This document shows, piece after piece, positions 1-8,844 of a stretch of DNA of 64,000 nt (position 1 is the first letter of the stretch; every line of letters starts with the position of its first letter). Under the pieces are notes generated by a model that worked only from the letters and a program-made list of their open reading frames with translations, had not been told where the DNA came from and did no database searches. Location of the stretch: contig CAWECN010000013.1 of NCBI GenBank assembly GCA_963807625.1, positions 2,258-66,257 on the forward strand. Direction: 5' to 3'. The stretch comes from an uncultured Gammaproteobacteria bacterium (GTDB taxonomy: Bacteria; Pseudomonadota; Gammaproteobacteria; SZUA-229). A program made the translations under genes and the position numbers.

Positions 1-3000
1 GACTGGCAGGTCGGCCACCAGCAGATATCGAACTTCTTCGCCGACCGAAATATCCTGTGGTGAACTCGCCGGTGTGTTAGCCGTATCGACCGTCAGTTTG
101 GGCAGCGCGATGACCGGTATCATCTGCACGTTAGCAACCTGGTCTATCGTAGTATAGATACGTGCACGACCAGCATCATTCGGGAAGGCTGCCGTGTTAT
201 CTAGCTGTGGTGCGTTCTGATTACCAAAATTACCATCGAGACTGTCATACGACATGCTCACCGTATTTGTCAGTGTCTGTAACGGTGCGATGGTGATATC
301 TGGATCAACACGATAGTAAAAAGTTACTCTGTTCGCCGGACCCGGGTCGACCTGCAGTAACAGGGGATTGAAACTTTCGTCGACAGTAATAACTGCCGGT
401 GTACCATTGCCAATGATGTTGTCAGGTATGCTGGCAAAGAGCGCGGCTTCATCCGCTTCATCGATCAGTGTATCGCCATCGTTATCCAGACCATCGCTGG
501 AAAAATCAACGACTCCCATCAGATCGGATATATCCAGCGTATCGGTTGAAATAACATTGAAGGCCGGCGAACGAGCCGGCGTCGATGTCTGGTTCTCCAG
601 GGTGATCCGGTAGATGTAGGAGTCATTGGTATCGCCGTTACTGATGGTGTCAGCAAAGGTCGAACAGCCTGTTCCGAATCCGTTCAGGTCTTCATTACAT
701 ACTGTCTTAGTAACAATCAGGTTCGGTTCAACATCGGTCAGATCAACCCTGCGTCCCGTTTCTGCTGGATAACCGGGTGGAACAATATATCCGGCAGGAC
801 TGTTTACAGTGTCACTTACATCGATGTTGATCGGTGGTTGCGCCATACCGGCGATCGGCGCTGACTGAAACACAGCGGTAAATGATGTTTTGGCAATATT
901 GGTACTCGGGTTACCATGCAGATTAGGCGCATAGCCACCAGGCACCGGGTACGCCAGATCGACGGGGTCGTTTAACAGGCGTGTCTTAAAATCTACACGG
1001 AAGAACTCATCGGCAACGCCAATGCCACTAGCAGCATTAAAATTCCATGTTATATCCGTTTCAGAGAGAGGCGTTGTTCCAGCGCCGCCAGTTGCGCCGT
1101 TAAGTATAATGCCGCCGGTACTGGTAAAGTTATAAGGACTAGCGCCAAATGGAATAAATCCCTGGCCGTCAGGCAGGTCATCTACCACCGTAACATTCTG
1201 TACCTCGATCAGGGCAAAGCCCGGGGTTACAAAACCAAACCAGCCACCCGACTCAACACGGTAGTTACAATCTTCACCGATCTGTGAATTCAGGTTACCC
1301 GTCAATGGCGGTGTATTTGGCGGAGCAACTGCTGGCGTTAAGACATCTGCCGGTGCTGCAGGCTCCGGTAAATTATCTTCTGCACAGTACCATGCACTTT
1401 TTACCAGGTTAAAACCAAGCACCCTGGAACGGATCGCATCGAATGAATAATTGTTCGCCAGCTGCGCGACGTTTGGTGTTGTGTTCGATATCACCGGTGG
1501 TGCCGGGAAGGTCAATGCCGTACCATCAAACTGTGTGACTTCACCGAATACGTCTACACGGAATGTCAGGTCATCATCCACTGCGCCAGCTGCTTTTACA
1601 ACTGAAAAGGTGATGGTCTCTGTTGTGTTTGGTGCAATGACACCGCGATCACAGGCATATACCGCTGCCGATGCCGGAATGGCAGCAGGATCATCCCAGT
1701 GCGGATGTGGCGGCGGATTAGCAACCGGGCCAGAACAACCGGCAGGTAATGGTAGCTGAGCTGTCATCGCTTGACCAAGTGTCACATACGCCGTGTAATC
1801 ATCAGCATCATGACCACCGTTATTGGTCAGCAGCACGTTCAGGTTCAACGGGACACCAGGATCATTGGTCAGGATGAACAACGCATCTGAAATAGCAACA
1901 TCCAGGTCTTCCGGATCTGAACTGTAATTAAAAGGCTGATTACGGGTCTGTCCTTGCGGGCCGGTAGAATCAACAGCATCGAAATTAACCACCACGGTAT
2001 TCGTTAACGCCAATGCATTATCAGGATCTGTTAAAGGTGTTGTCTCTGGTGCCACATCGAGGTCGGCGACGAGGTCAAATCGTGATACTTCGATCATCAC
2101 GATACCAAAAGTGAATGAGATGATATCGCCATTACGCAACATGTCTCGTTGCTGCGGAAGATTTGCGCCAGTTGAAGTACTGGTCAATGTGAATGTCGGA
2201 TTTAAATCATCCAGTGGATCAGGGGTAGTCAATTCTGGATCATCACGGGTAAAAGTATCGATGAAACCCGGATAACCGCCATAGGCAGGTATCGTGGTAT
2301 TTGTCGGTTGACCAAATGGCTGACCGTTTTCCGGACCATAACTGTTATCCATCACATAACCGGCTGGCAGATTCGTCAAAACCGTTAACCCCTGTATCGA
2401 ACCGCCAGTCTGGTTTTCCAGCGTTATGGTCATCAGACCTTTACTGCCGAGCGGCTGCCCCGGGTTACTACCGGTTACTGTCTGCGTGATGACCAGTCCC
2501 GCTGGCACCACATCAGTACTAAGAGTGCCTGTTTCCAGTATCGTTACCCCTGGAGTAACACCGCCGGTCGATGCAGGCACTGTAATCGGACCACCAGCGG
2601 GTGAATTAACAGCACAACCCCAGGAGATATCAGCCGTGTTTACATTATTGGTATTTAAGTTAAGGATCCTGCCAACGTAATAGATAGAGACATTACTGCT
2701 GGCGGCAACATCATCAGGGTCCACGATATTTCCGAATGGATCTGCGACGTTATAGGAAGAGTTAAACGCTATACAGTTATTCCCGGGATTACCACCATTC
2801 GCAATAGCTGCGGCTTCGGCCTCGCCTTCCGTGGGACAGATATAGTTGATAGTAAAGTTACCATTGATCGAGTCATTCATCAGCAACGCTTCCATGTTTG
2901 CCAGACCTGCGTTAGCAACGTTTACCTGCCAGATGACATCATCATTGAAGCTGCCGTATACCGGGTCAGTGTAGGCTGAACCGATGGTTTGCCCGGCATC

Positions 3001-4437
3001 ATAGTTCCGTCCATCCTTTAATATGGTCGGTACCGGCTGACGGATAGGCAGTTCGAAATCGCCGGTAGCAACAGATTGCCTGGCTGCCAGACAGGACATA
3101 TCAAAATCGGCGCTGGCGTTAATATTCCTCACCGCCGCAATCAGGTTTTCAGCAACCGTGCTGCGAACACCAAAAGTGATAACGACATTTGCACCCGCCG
3201 CCAGGTTGGCCAGTTGCGGAACCTGTGCTGAGGTCCAGGTCAGCTGTGAACCGACTATACCCGGGTTACCGGGTGCTCCGGCTGGAACCGTGTTGATGGT
3301 AGTCGAATCATTAATATACTCCAGCCCGGATAACTGCAGATCTTCGACGATAGTAATATTGGTCATCGGTGCAGTTGTCGGGTTCTGTATGGTAAGGCTG
3401 ACTACACCATCACCACACAATTCACAGTAGCTGGTAGCAGCATGTGAAATAACGTTAGATAACGGGCCACTGGTAAACTGGAAGTCATACTGTACATTTA
3501 CCGGGCCAGCAGAATCTGTAGCAACACCTGTACGCTCACTCAGGCTGGCAGTGTTATCTAACACCGGGCAGGCGCTGGCTGGTGTTACCGTAGCATCGAC
3601 TGTCAGGTTTACGATCTCGCCAGCTGCGAGGTATTCAAAAGTATAATCATTCGCCCCAGGTCCGTTAGCACCCGGTGGCGGGTTCGGTACAATAAACGTT
3701 AAACCGTTGAGGTCTGCACTGAGGACATCATTCAACTGAACATCAAACAGACCACCACTGCCTGTCGAAGATACCGTGATGTTATAACTGATGACATCGC
3801 CCGTTATCACAGAAACAGTAGGCGTAGATTTGGTAATGCTTAGGCCGCCAGCATTTACATCAATATTCTGCGTAACTGGTGTGCTTGCAGCCGAACCGTT
3901 GTTACCATTGACTGTATTGTAGGTAACGTTATAACCCAGTGACTGTGTACCGGCGGCTGCACTGGTATTCGTCTCCAGACGGAATACATAGTTGTAAGTA
4001 CAACCCGGGTTAATGACGGTGCTGTTATTAGAGAATATATTGATGGTGACCGGCGTGCCAGCACCGCCACCCTGGCTAGCATTGGCATTCATATTGGGAC
4101 AGCTGCCACCGACATCGGTAACTGTTACTGACGTAGATGCCAGCGCGAAACCGGCAGGTACGGTTACCGGGATGTCGCGAATATCAAACGCCGGGTCTGG
4201 TCCGGTGTTGGTAACCGACAGAGTAAACCCGTCACCGGTATTAACTTCAGTCGCACCGTTCCATGTACCGCCGATATCCATGTAGGTACGTGCACCATCG
4301 GCAGGTGAAAAACTGGTTGATAAACCGATGTTTGGTAGGGCGAAAGCATTTTGCATCGGCCATAGCAAAACGCCGCCCACAAACAAACACTTTGCGAGCA
4401 GATTTCGATGACTAACTAGTTTTGCGATATCAAACAA
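1..4437 (-). CDS. Giant secreted repeat protein, partial (N-terminal >1470 aa in window; C-terminus lies beyond position 1). DUF11-type 'conserved repeat domain' adhesin-like surface protein.
   Basis: Manual translation of the minus strand gives one open frame from about 4437 to position 1 with no stop. It is absent from the ORF track because there is no in-window stop. The N-terminus looks like a signal peptide (FDIAKLVSHRNLLAKCLFVGGVLLWPMQNAFA/LP) if a non-ATG start (TTG at 4437) is used; the first in-frame ATG (about 4356) lies after the hydrophobic core. The body is Thr/Asn/Val/Gly/Pro/Asp-rich. It has repeated about 100-aa modules of the DUF11 pattern (e.g. LSITKSTPTVSVITGDVISYNITVSSTGSGGLFDVQLNDVL; VTKTVCNEDLNGFGTGCSTFADTISNGDTNDSYIYRITLENQTSTPARSPAFNVISTDTL). 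A Ca-binding-like DGLDNDGDTLIDEADE motif is encoded near 430-510. The + strand small ORFs 368-4285 in the track are antisense artefacts. Confidence 0.7.
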   Translation of the reverse strand, partial: MFDIAKLVSHRNLLAKCLFVGGVLLWPMQNAFALPNIGLSTSFSPADGARTYMDIGGTWNGATEVNTGDGFTLSVTNTGPDPAFDIRDIPVTVPAGFALASTSVTVTDVGGSCPNMNANASQGGGAGTPVTINIFSNNSTVINPGCTYNYVFRLETNTSAAAGTQSLGYNVTYNTVNGNNGSAASTPVTQNIDVNAGGLSITKSTPTVSVITGDVISYNITVSSTGSGGLFDVQLNDVLSADLNGLTFIVPNPPPGANGPGANDYTFEYLAAGEIVNLTVDATVTPASACPVLDNTASLSERTGVATDSAGPVNVQYDFQFTSGPLSNVISHAATSYCELCGDGVVSLTIQNPTTAPMTNITIVEDLQLSGLEYINDSTTINTVPAGAPGNPGIVGSQLTWTSAQVPQLANLAAGANVVITFGVRSTVAENLIAAVRNINASADFDMSCLAARQSVATGDFELPIRQPVPTILKDGRNYDAGQTIGSAYTDPVYGSFNDDVIWQVNVANAGLANMEALLMNDSINGNFTINYICPTEGEAEAAAIANGGNPGNNCIAFNSSYNVADPFGNIVDPDDVAASSNVSIYYVGRILNLNTNNVNTADISWGCAVNSPAGGPITVPASTGGVTPGVTILETGTLSTDVVPAGLVITQTVTGSNPGQPLGSKGLMTITLENQTGGSIQGLTVLTNLPAGYVMDNSYGPENGQPFGQPTNTTIPAYGGYPGFIDTFTRDDPELTTPDPLDDLNPTFTLTSTSTGANLPQQRDMLRNGDIISFTFGIVMIEVSRFDLVADLDVAPETTPLTDPDNALALTNTVVVNFDAVDSTGPQGQTRNQPFNYSSDPEDLDVAISDALFILTNDPGVPLNLNVLLTNNGGHDADDYTAYVTLGQAMTAQLPLPAGCSGPVANPPPHPHWDDPAAIPASAAVYACDRGVIAPNTTETITFSVVKAAGAVDDDLTFRVDVFGEVTQFDGTALTFPAPPVISNTTPNVAQLANNYSFDAIRSRVLGFNLVKSAWYCAEDNLPEPAAPADVLTPAVAPPNTPPLTGNLNSQIGEDCNYRVESGGWFGFVTPGFALIEVQNVTVVDDLPDGQGFIPFGASPYNFTSTGGIILNGATGGAGTTPLSETDITWNFNAASGIGVADEFFRVDFKTRLLNDPVDLAYPVPGGYAPNLHGNPSTNIAKTSFTAVFQSAPIAGMAQPPINIDVSDTVNSPAGYIVPPGYPAETGRRVDLTDVEPNLIVTKTVCNEDLNGFGTGCSTFADTISNGDTNDSYIYRITLENQTSTPARSPAFNVISTDTLDISDLMGVVDFSSDGLDNDGDTLIDEADEAALFASIPDNIIGNGTPAVITVDESFNPLLLQVDPGPANRVTFYYRVDPDITIAPLQTLTNTVSMSYDSLDGNFGNQNAPQLDNTAAFPNDAGRARIYTTIDQVANVQMIPVIALPKLTVDTANTPASSPQDISVGEEVRYLLVADLPV

Positions 4438-4704
4438 CGGCAAATACCAAAGTTATTACAACTAACTTTTAATTATTATTTATTTATATTTGGTAATTTG
4501 TATTTGATCGCATTTTGATAGTTTTATATGCCAAAAAAAAAGGATACCGTAGCCCGGCAGAACCCTGCATATGAAACATTTCTTTGAGTATAGTTACTAA
4601 GTTAAATTTCGCATTGAATATGTCGAAAATTGGACACTAAAAATTAATACTATTACGACACAAGAAAATACTTAGAGGATATAGCAAGTCAACTTCTTAC
4701 CAGC

Positions 4705-6057
4705 TTATGTAGCTGGTAAGAAATCGATTGGATACAGGATAGTAATAGCAGGTACGCCATCTTTGGCGCCAAAATTGAATTTTTTCACCCGGTCAGCAAT
4801 CTTCTTATCCAGCTCCGGTGCATCCATATCGCTGGAATCAACTGTACATGCTGATACTTTGCCATCGGGTTCGATAGTCAATCGCAATACCATCTTACCC
4901 TGCAAGGTTGGATTCTTACGCAACTCACGGTTATATATACGGTAGAGCGCAGATTTATAACGATCGAATACGATCTGGATCTCTTCATCGGTACGTGATG
5001 GACCCGGGCCGCTACTCAATGGCGCTTCTTCACCATAGAAATCACTGCCGATAGAACTCTCTACGCGGGAGAATTCGACACCACCCATACCATCACCCGA
5101 ACCACCTGTGTTACGACTCAGGGCAGCAGTATTGATGCCGCTGCTTGTTGTACCGACATTCGATGTCACCAGTGAGCGAGTCGTCTTCTTGGCCTTGCTG
5201 CCCTTACCGCTGATCTTGGCTTTCGAACCGAGGCTGGCGATCGGGGTGTCATCGATCAGGTCTGCGAAGTCATCCTTAAATGCCATCAGGCCGGCACGCT
5301 CAGCTTTCTTACGCGCTTTTTTAGCTTCAGGCACAGGTTTATCGTCTTTCTTCTTGGCCTTTTCTTTATCCGGTTTTTTCTCTTCCTGTTTTTCCTGCTT
5401 TGGTGGCGGAGGTGGTGGTGGTTTAGGCGCCATCAATTTCGCTAAACGTTCTGGTATTTCCACCACTTCTACACGGTCAGGTACAGGGATATCCCACATC
5501 GGTATTAGAAGACCTAGCAAGATGGAGAATAATAAAACGATCAGTAATATTTTTCTAAACTGTTTCTGATCACGATCATTTCTGTTCCATGGCATCTGCA
5601 TCGGGCGATATGGTAGTTCAACCATTTCACGCTCAATGACAAATTCTTCAAGACGCGCTTCTTCACGCTCCTGCAAGGCCAGGCTTTCATCATTTAAAAG
5701 ATTTATTTTTGCAGTAAGACTTTCGACAGTTTCGTAACGTTCACTCTGCTGGCCCTGTAATTCAGCAACTCTCGAGTCATAATTAACAACCAGGTCACGA
5801 ACACGTTTCTGCTGTTTAGAAGCGTTATCCTGGTCATAATTTTCGCCCCAGAATAAATCAGAACCGCCCAGTTTCTCCAATTTCTCCAGCTGATCACTGA
5901 TTTCACTAAGAACGGCAAAACGTTGACGCCTAGTTTTAAGCTCTTTTAATTCATCTGAAACACCGACATCTTCATTTTCAAGTGCGTTCAGACGAGTATA
6001 GGCTTCATCAATCTTACGATTGATCTCTTCCTGTTCTTGTGAAATTTCGTCAAACAC
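4705..6057 (-). CDS. TonB C-terminal-domain protein with a long cytoplasmic coiled-coil N-terminus, one TM helix and a proline-rich spacer (GltG/AgmX-like architecture).
   Basis: 450 aa. About 170 aa of charged coiled coil, then TM helix ILLIVLLFSILLGLLIPMW, then a PPPPPPP + KEK-rich spacer, a Ser/Gly/Thr linker, and a C-terminal TonB-C-like fold (IQIVFDRYKSALYRIY...GKMVLRLTIEPDGKV...ITILYPIDF). It lies immediately downstream of ExbB/ExbD genes in the same operon. Confidence 0.7.
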   Translation of the reverse strand: MFDEISQEQEEINRKIDEAYTRLNALENEDVGVSDELKELKTRRQRFAVLSEISDQLEKLEKLGGSDLFWGENYDQDNASKQQKRVRDLVVNYDSRVAELQGQQSERYETVESLTAKINLLNDESLALQEREEARLEEFVIEREMVELPYRPMQMPWNRNDRDQKQFRKILLIVLLFSILLGLLIPMWDIPVPDRVEVVEIPERLAKLMAPKPPPPPPPKQEKQEEKKPDKEKAKKKDDKPVPEAKKARKKAERAGLMAFKDDFADLIDDTPIASLGSKAKISGKGSKAKKTTRSLVTSNVGTTSSGINTAALSRNTGGSGDGMGGVEFSRVESSIGSDFYGEEAPLSSGPGPSRTDEEIQIVFDRYKSALYRIYNRELRKNPTLQGKMVLRLTIEPDGKVSACTVDSSDMDAPELDKKIADRVKKFNFGAKDGVPAITILYPIDFLPAT

Positions 6058-6075
6058 TGGAATCTACGTCAGCCT

Positions 6076-6579
6076 TTACTGTTTACTTTTTGCTTTTTGA
6101 ACAACTGCCAGGGAAATCTTTCCATAACCGGCACTGGTACAACTCGACATCACTTTTTTCATTAGATGGAATGGTACCGTTCGATGCGCCAGCACAGTCA
6201 CCTCGTTACTTTTTGCCACTGATTTAGTGCTGATGCCGATAACTTTTTTCTTCTGTAAAAGTAATCGCTGTTTTACCGGCTCGATAATAGCCGTTTTGCT
6301 ATCAATCACTTCCTGCGTGGTGATCACGGGCTCGCCCTGAACCAGTATCTGGTCCGGAGTAATCATGATAATAACTGTTTCACGCGGTTTAGCTTCAACC
6401 GTAGAGTCAGGTAATTTAATTCTTTTCGGTGGTTCCATGACATCGCTGGATGATGAATTCACCAACAGGAAAAATACCAGGATGGTAAATACATCCATCA
6501 ATGAGACCAGGTTTAAACCAGTAGCAGCTGAACCCTTGCTACTGCGCGACATGCGCTTGATGCGACGGCTTTGACTCAT
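6076..6579 (-). CDS. ExbD/TolR family biopolymer transport protein (AglS/AglQ-like)
   Basis: 167 aa. Single N-terminal TM helix (LNLVSLMDVFTILVFFLLV) plus a periplasmic domain typical of ExbD/TolR. Its ATGA start overlaps the stop of the upstream ExbD gene. Confidence 0.8.
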   Translation of the reverse strand: MSQSRRIKRMSRSSKGSAATGLNLVSLMDVFTILVFFLLVNSSSSDVMEPPKRIKLPDSTVEAKPRETVIIMITPDQILVQGEPVITTQEVIDSKTAIIEPVKQRLLLQKKKVIGISTKSVAKSNEVTVLAHRTVPFHLMKKVMSSCTSAGYGKISLAVVQKAKSKQ

Positions 6580-7133
6580 GGTGCGTCGCCTATAGAAATA
6601 TCAGGAAACAGAACGACCTGCTGCAGCACATCTGCTTCACCATCCGCACCCGGCTGACGAACAAATGTTGCTCGTACAGCATCCATAATTCTGATTAACG
6701 CACGATATTCAATGTCCGGTTCCATTAATACAACCGCATCTGTTTTATCCGGATATTTACCTTTTATTTTTACCAGGTATTCAGAAAGCAGTTCCATGTC
6801 ATATAGTTTAGTGACATCGAAGTCACCCTCTTCGTCAACACTGAGTGGGACATCCTCTTCTTTTAGCAACGGAAAACGGGCCAGTACCTGTTTACCATTA
6901 CCAATCTCCAGGCCTTTCTGTCGAACGATAACCTCTATACTAAGTTGCGGCTTTTTACTGTCAGCGGAACCATCACCCGCAGGCAAACTTAACTCAAGAA
7001 TGGTAATTCTTGAGAACACAGCAGTTATCAGCAGGAACGGAACAAGCACAACCATCAAGTTAAGGAAGGTTGTAATATTAAGTTCAGCCGGCTCCTTCTG
7101 CAGCCGCTTGTAATGGTGTCTTCGTCTAGCCAT
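6576..7133 (-). CDS. ExbD/TolR family protein (second copy)
   Basis: Single TM helix (ITTFLNLMVVLVPFLLITAVF) plus an ExbD-like periplasmic domain. The likely start is MARRRHHY (ATG at 7133) rather than the track start at 7175. It overlaps the exbB-like stop by a few nt, which suggests translational coupling. Confidence 0.75.
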   Translation of the reverse strand: MARRRHHYKRLQKEPAELNITTFLNLMVVLVPFLLITAVFSRITILELSLPAGDGSADSKKPQLSIEVIVRQKGLEIGNGKQVLARFPLLKEEDVPLSVDEEGDFDVTKLYDMELLSEYLVKIKGKYPDKTDAVVLMEPDIEYRALIRIMDAVRATFVRQPGADGEADVLQQVVLFPDISIGDAP

Positions 7134-7794
7134 TCTTCGCAGCCAGTGCCGCTTGACGTTTTGCGAAATCAGCAATCAGGTTTAATGTTTTCACTGATGC
7201 CATCTCAAGACTATCAATAATCTCCGTTGTTTTAGAAGAAATTATTGCGTGAACAATTAACAGAGGGATAGCTGCCATCAGACCAAAAGCTGTAGTATTC
7301 ATAGCTACCGAAATACTTGCAGAAAGCAAATCCGCTTTTTCAGCAGGGTCTGCATTAGCTACCGCAGTAAAAGCTTCAATGAGGCCCATAATCGTACCTA
7401 GCAGACCAAGCAATGTGCAGATATTTGCAAACAGTGCAATAAATGGTGTGCGTTTTTCCAATTGAGGAATAATCTCCATCATACTTTCTTCCATGGCGAT
7501 CTCGATATCATCGCGGCGACGAACCGAACCTTGTCTTGCCAGCCCCATGTTCAACAAACGGGCGATAGCTGATTTATCTTCAGAAATGGAGTCACGTGCC
7601 GAATCAAATTCACCTTCTTCAAGTAAAGGGTGCACAGTGTCCCAGACTCCTTTATTTGTCTTGCCCACACCCGACAATTTGATATATCGCTCAATACATA
7701 TCGCTACACCAAAAGAAAATATTATTAATATCGGGTACATAAACGTACCACCGGTTTGGAAAAATTGCACAATAGTCAGGATAGTATCCATCAT
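7126..7794 (-). CDS. MotA/TolQ/ExbB proton-channel family protein (AglR-like)
   Basis: 222 aa with three TM helices in TolQ/ExbB topology (YPILIIFSFGVAICIERY; FIALFANICTLLGLLGTIMGLIEAF; AMNTTAFGLMAAIPLLIVHAII). Confidence 0.85.
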   Translation of the reverse strand: MMDTILTIVQFFQTGGTFMYPILIIFSFGVAICIERYIKLSGVGKTNKGVWDTVHPLLEEGEFDSARDSISEDKSAIARLLNMGLARQGSVRRRDDIEIAMEESMMEIIPQLEKRTPFIALFANICTLLGLLGTIMGLIEAFTAVANADPAEKADLLSASISVAMNTTAFGLMAAIPLLIVHAIISSKTTEIIDSLEMASVKTLNLIADFAKRQAALAAKNG

Positions 7795-7818
7795 GTACTC
7801 CTCATTTTAAATCGCTTG

Positions 7819-8127
7819 TTATTGTACGTTCTTACCATGACTCAACTCGTAAAAATCAAGTTCACGTAAAAACACTTCTTTGTCTACAGGGCGCATACTG
7901 TCATCTAACAGTCCTGAATTTAAACTTGTAGCCACACCTACTTCAGAATTTTGCCAGGGTACGATATAAAGTGACTTAGGCGCCTCTTTATTACCGATGA
8001 TTGAAATACCTGATAACTCTTTTACTTCAGTATCTGCTTTTTTTTCTTCGGCAAAAACATTCTGTAACATTGATACCTGTATCACCAGGTAATACAAAAC
8101 TGTATTGATTATAGTTTTAATTTTCAT
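7819..8127 (-). CDS. Small secreted/periplasmic protein (about 100 aa) of unknown function; GltF-like by position
   Basis: The ORF gives a signal-peptide-like N-terminus if started at MKIKTIINTVLYYLVIQVSMLQNVFA (aa 15 of the track ORF). It is wedged between the TPR lipoprotein gene and the exbB-like gene on the same strand. Confidence 0.45.
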   Translation of the reverse strand: MKIKTIINTVLYYLVIQVSMLQNVFAEEKKADTEVKELSGISIIGNKEAPKSLYIVPWQNSEVGVATSLNSGLLDDSMRPVDKEVFLRELDFYELSHGKNVQ

Positions 8128-8207
8128 AATGTCATCACCTTGTGCAATTATTATCAGCCAAGAATACAAAAAACCATCACGTAAATATTTTTCTTAATGG
8201 TTATAAT

Positions 8208-8810
8208 TTATTTTCCCAGGCGCCGCTTTACATCAACGACCCAGATAGCCACGGTCTTATCACCCGGTTCCAATTCCAGGTAAACCTCGAACTGCTGCAG
8301 CGCACACTCATAATCATGCATATACAGATCGCATAAAACACCCAGGTTTCTTATCGCTGGCAGGTATTCGGGGTGTTCTTTGATAGCATTCTCATATGCC
8401 GTTCTCGCCGCCTTGAACTTGCCGGACTTTCTATAAAGCAGACCCAGTTCATTATTTGCCACCGGGTGTCCGATATCCAGCTTTAACGCGCTGATCAGGT
8501 TTTCTTCTGCTGCCTTGGTATCACCTAACCTGTTATAAGCGATCGCGATATTCACATAAGGTGCCGGCAGACGTTTCTCTCGTTCGATAACTGATTTTAA
8601 AACGGATACCGCCTGTGCATTTTTTTCTTCCTGCATCAGGACGATAGCTCCCTTAAAATCGTCCTCCACATCCGAGTCTATATCCAGGTGGCGAGTCGTT
8701 TTCTTTTCATAACTGACGACTGTATCCTCTCTAACATCGCCGCCACCAGCGCAGGAAAACAAGCTTAACGACACGATAAAAACTGATAGATATTTCGAGA
8801 CCTTCATCAT
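8208..8810 (-). CDS. TPR-repeat lipoprotein (about 200 aa)
   Basis: Lipobox LSLFSCAGG follows MMKVSKYLSVFIVS, so the likely start is the internal Met and the track start at 8852 is too long. TPR-like helical repeats are present (AAEENLISALKLDIGHPVANNELGLLYRKSGKFKAARTAYENAIKEHPEY...). Confidence 0.65.
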   Translation of the reverse strand: MMKVSKYLSVFIVSLSLFSCAGGGDVREDTVVSYEKKTTRHLDIDSDVEDDFKGAIVLMQEEKNAQAVSVLKSVIEREKRLPAPYVNIAIAYNRLGDTKAAEENLISALKLDIGHPVANNELGLLYRKSGKFKAARTAYENAIKEHPEYLPAIRNLGVLCDLYMHDYECALQQFEVYLELEPGDKTVAIWVVDVKRRLGK

Positions 8811-8844
8811 ATTTCTACTACCTGTCATAGTCATGCCGTACATA

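Noticed and set aside
368-4382. Small + and - strand ORFs from the track inside the first 4.4 kb (e.g. 368-613, 1451-1759, 2426-2680, 4013-4285, 4164-4382)
   Set aside because: All lie within, and antisense or out of frame to, the continuous giant repeat-protein reading frame on the minus strand. They have no independent support.
1-4437. RTX nonapeptide (GGxGxDxUx) or other T1SS signal in the giant protein
   Set aside because: None is seen in the visible N-terminal 1470 aa, and the C-terminus, where such signals reside, lies outside the window. It cannot be assessed.
4688-4725. Inverted repeat cttaccagc/gctggtaag around the stop codon of the TonB-like gene
   Set aside because: It would form a hairpin overlapping the stop codon, but it is not followed by a T-run on the minus strand. 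It may be a weak attenuator between the operon and the giant-protein gene. This is noted but not called.
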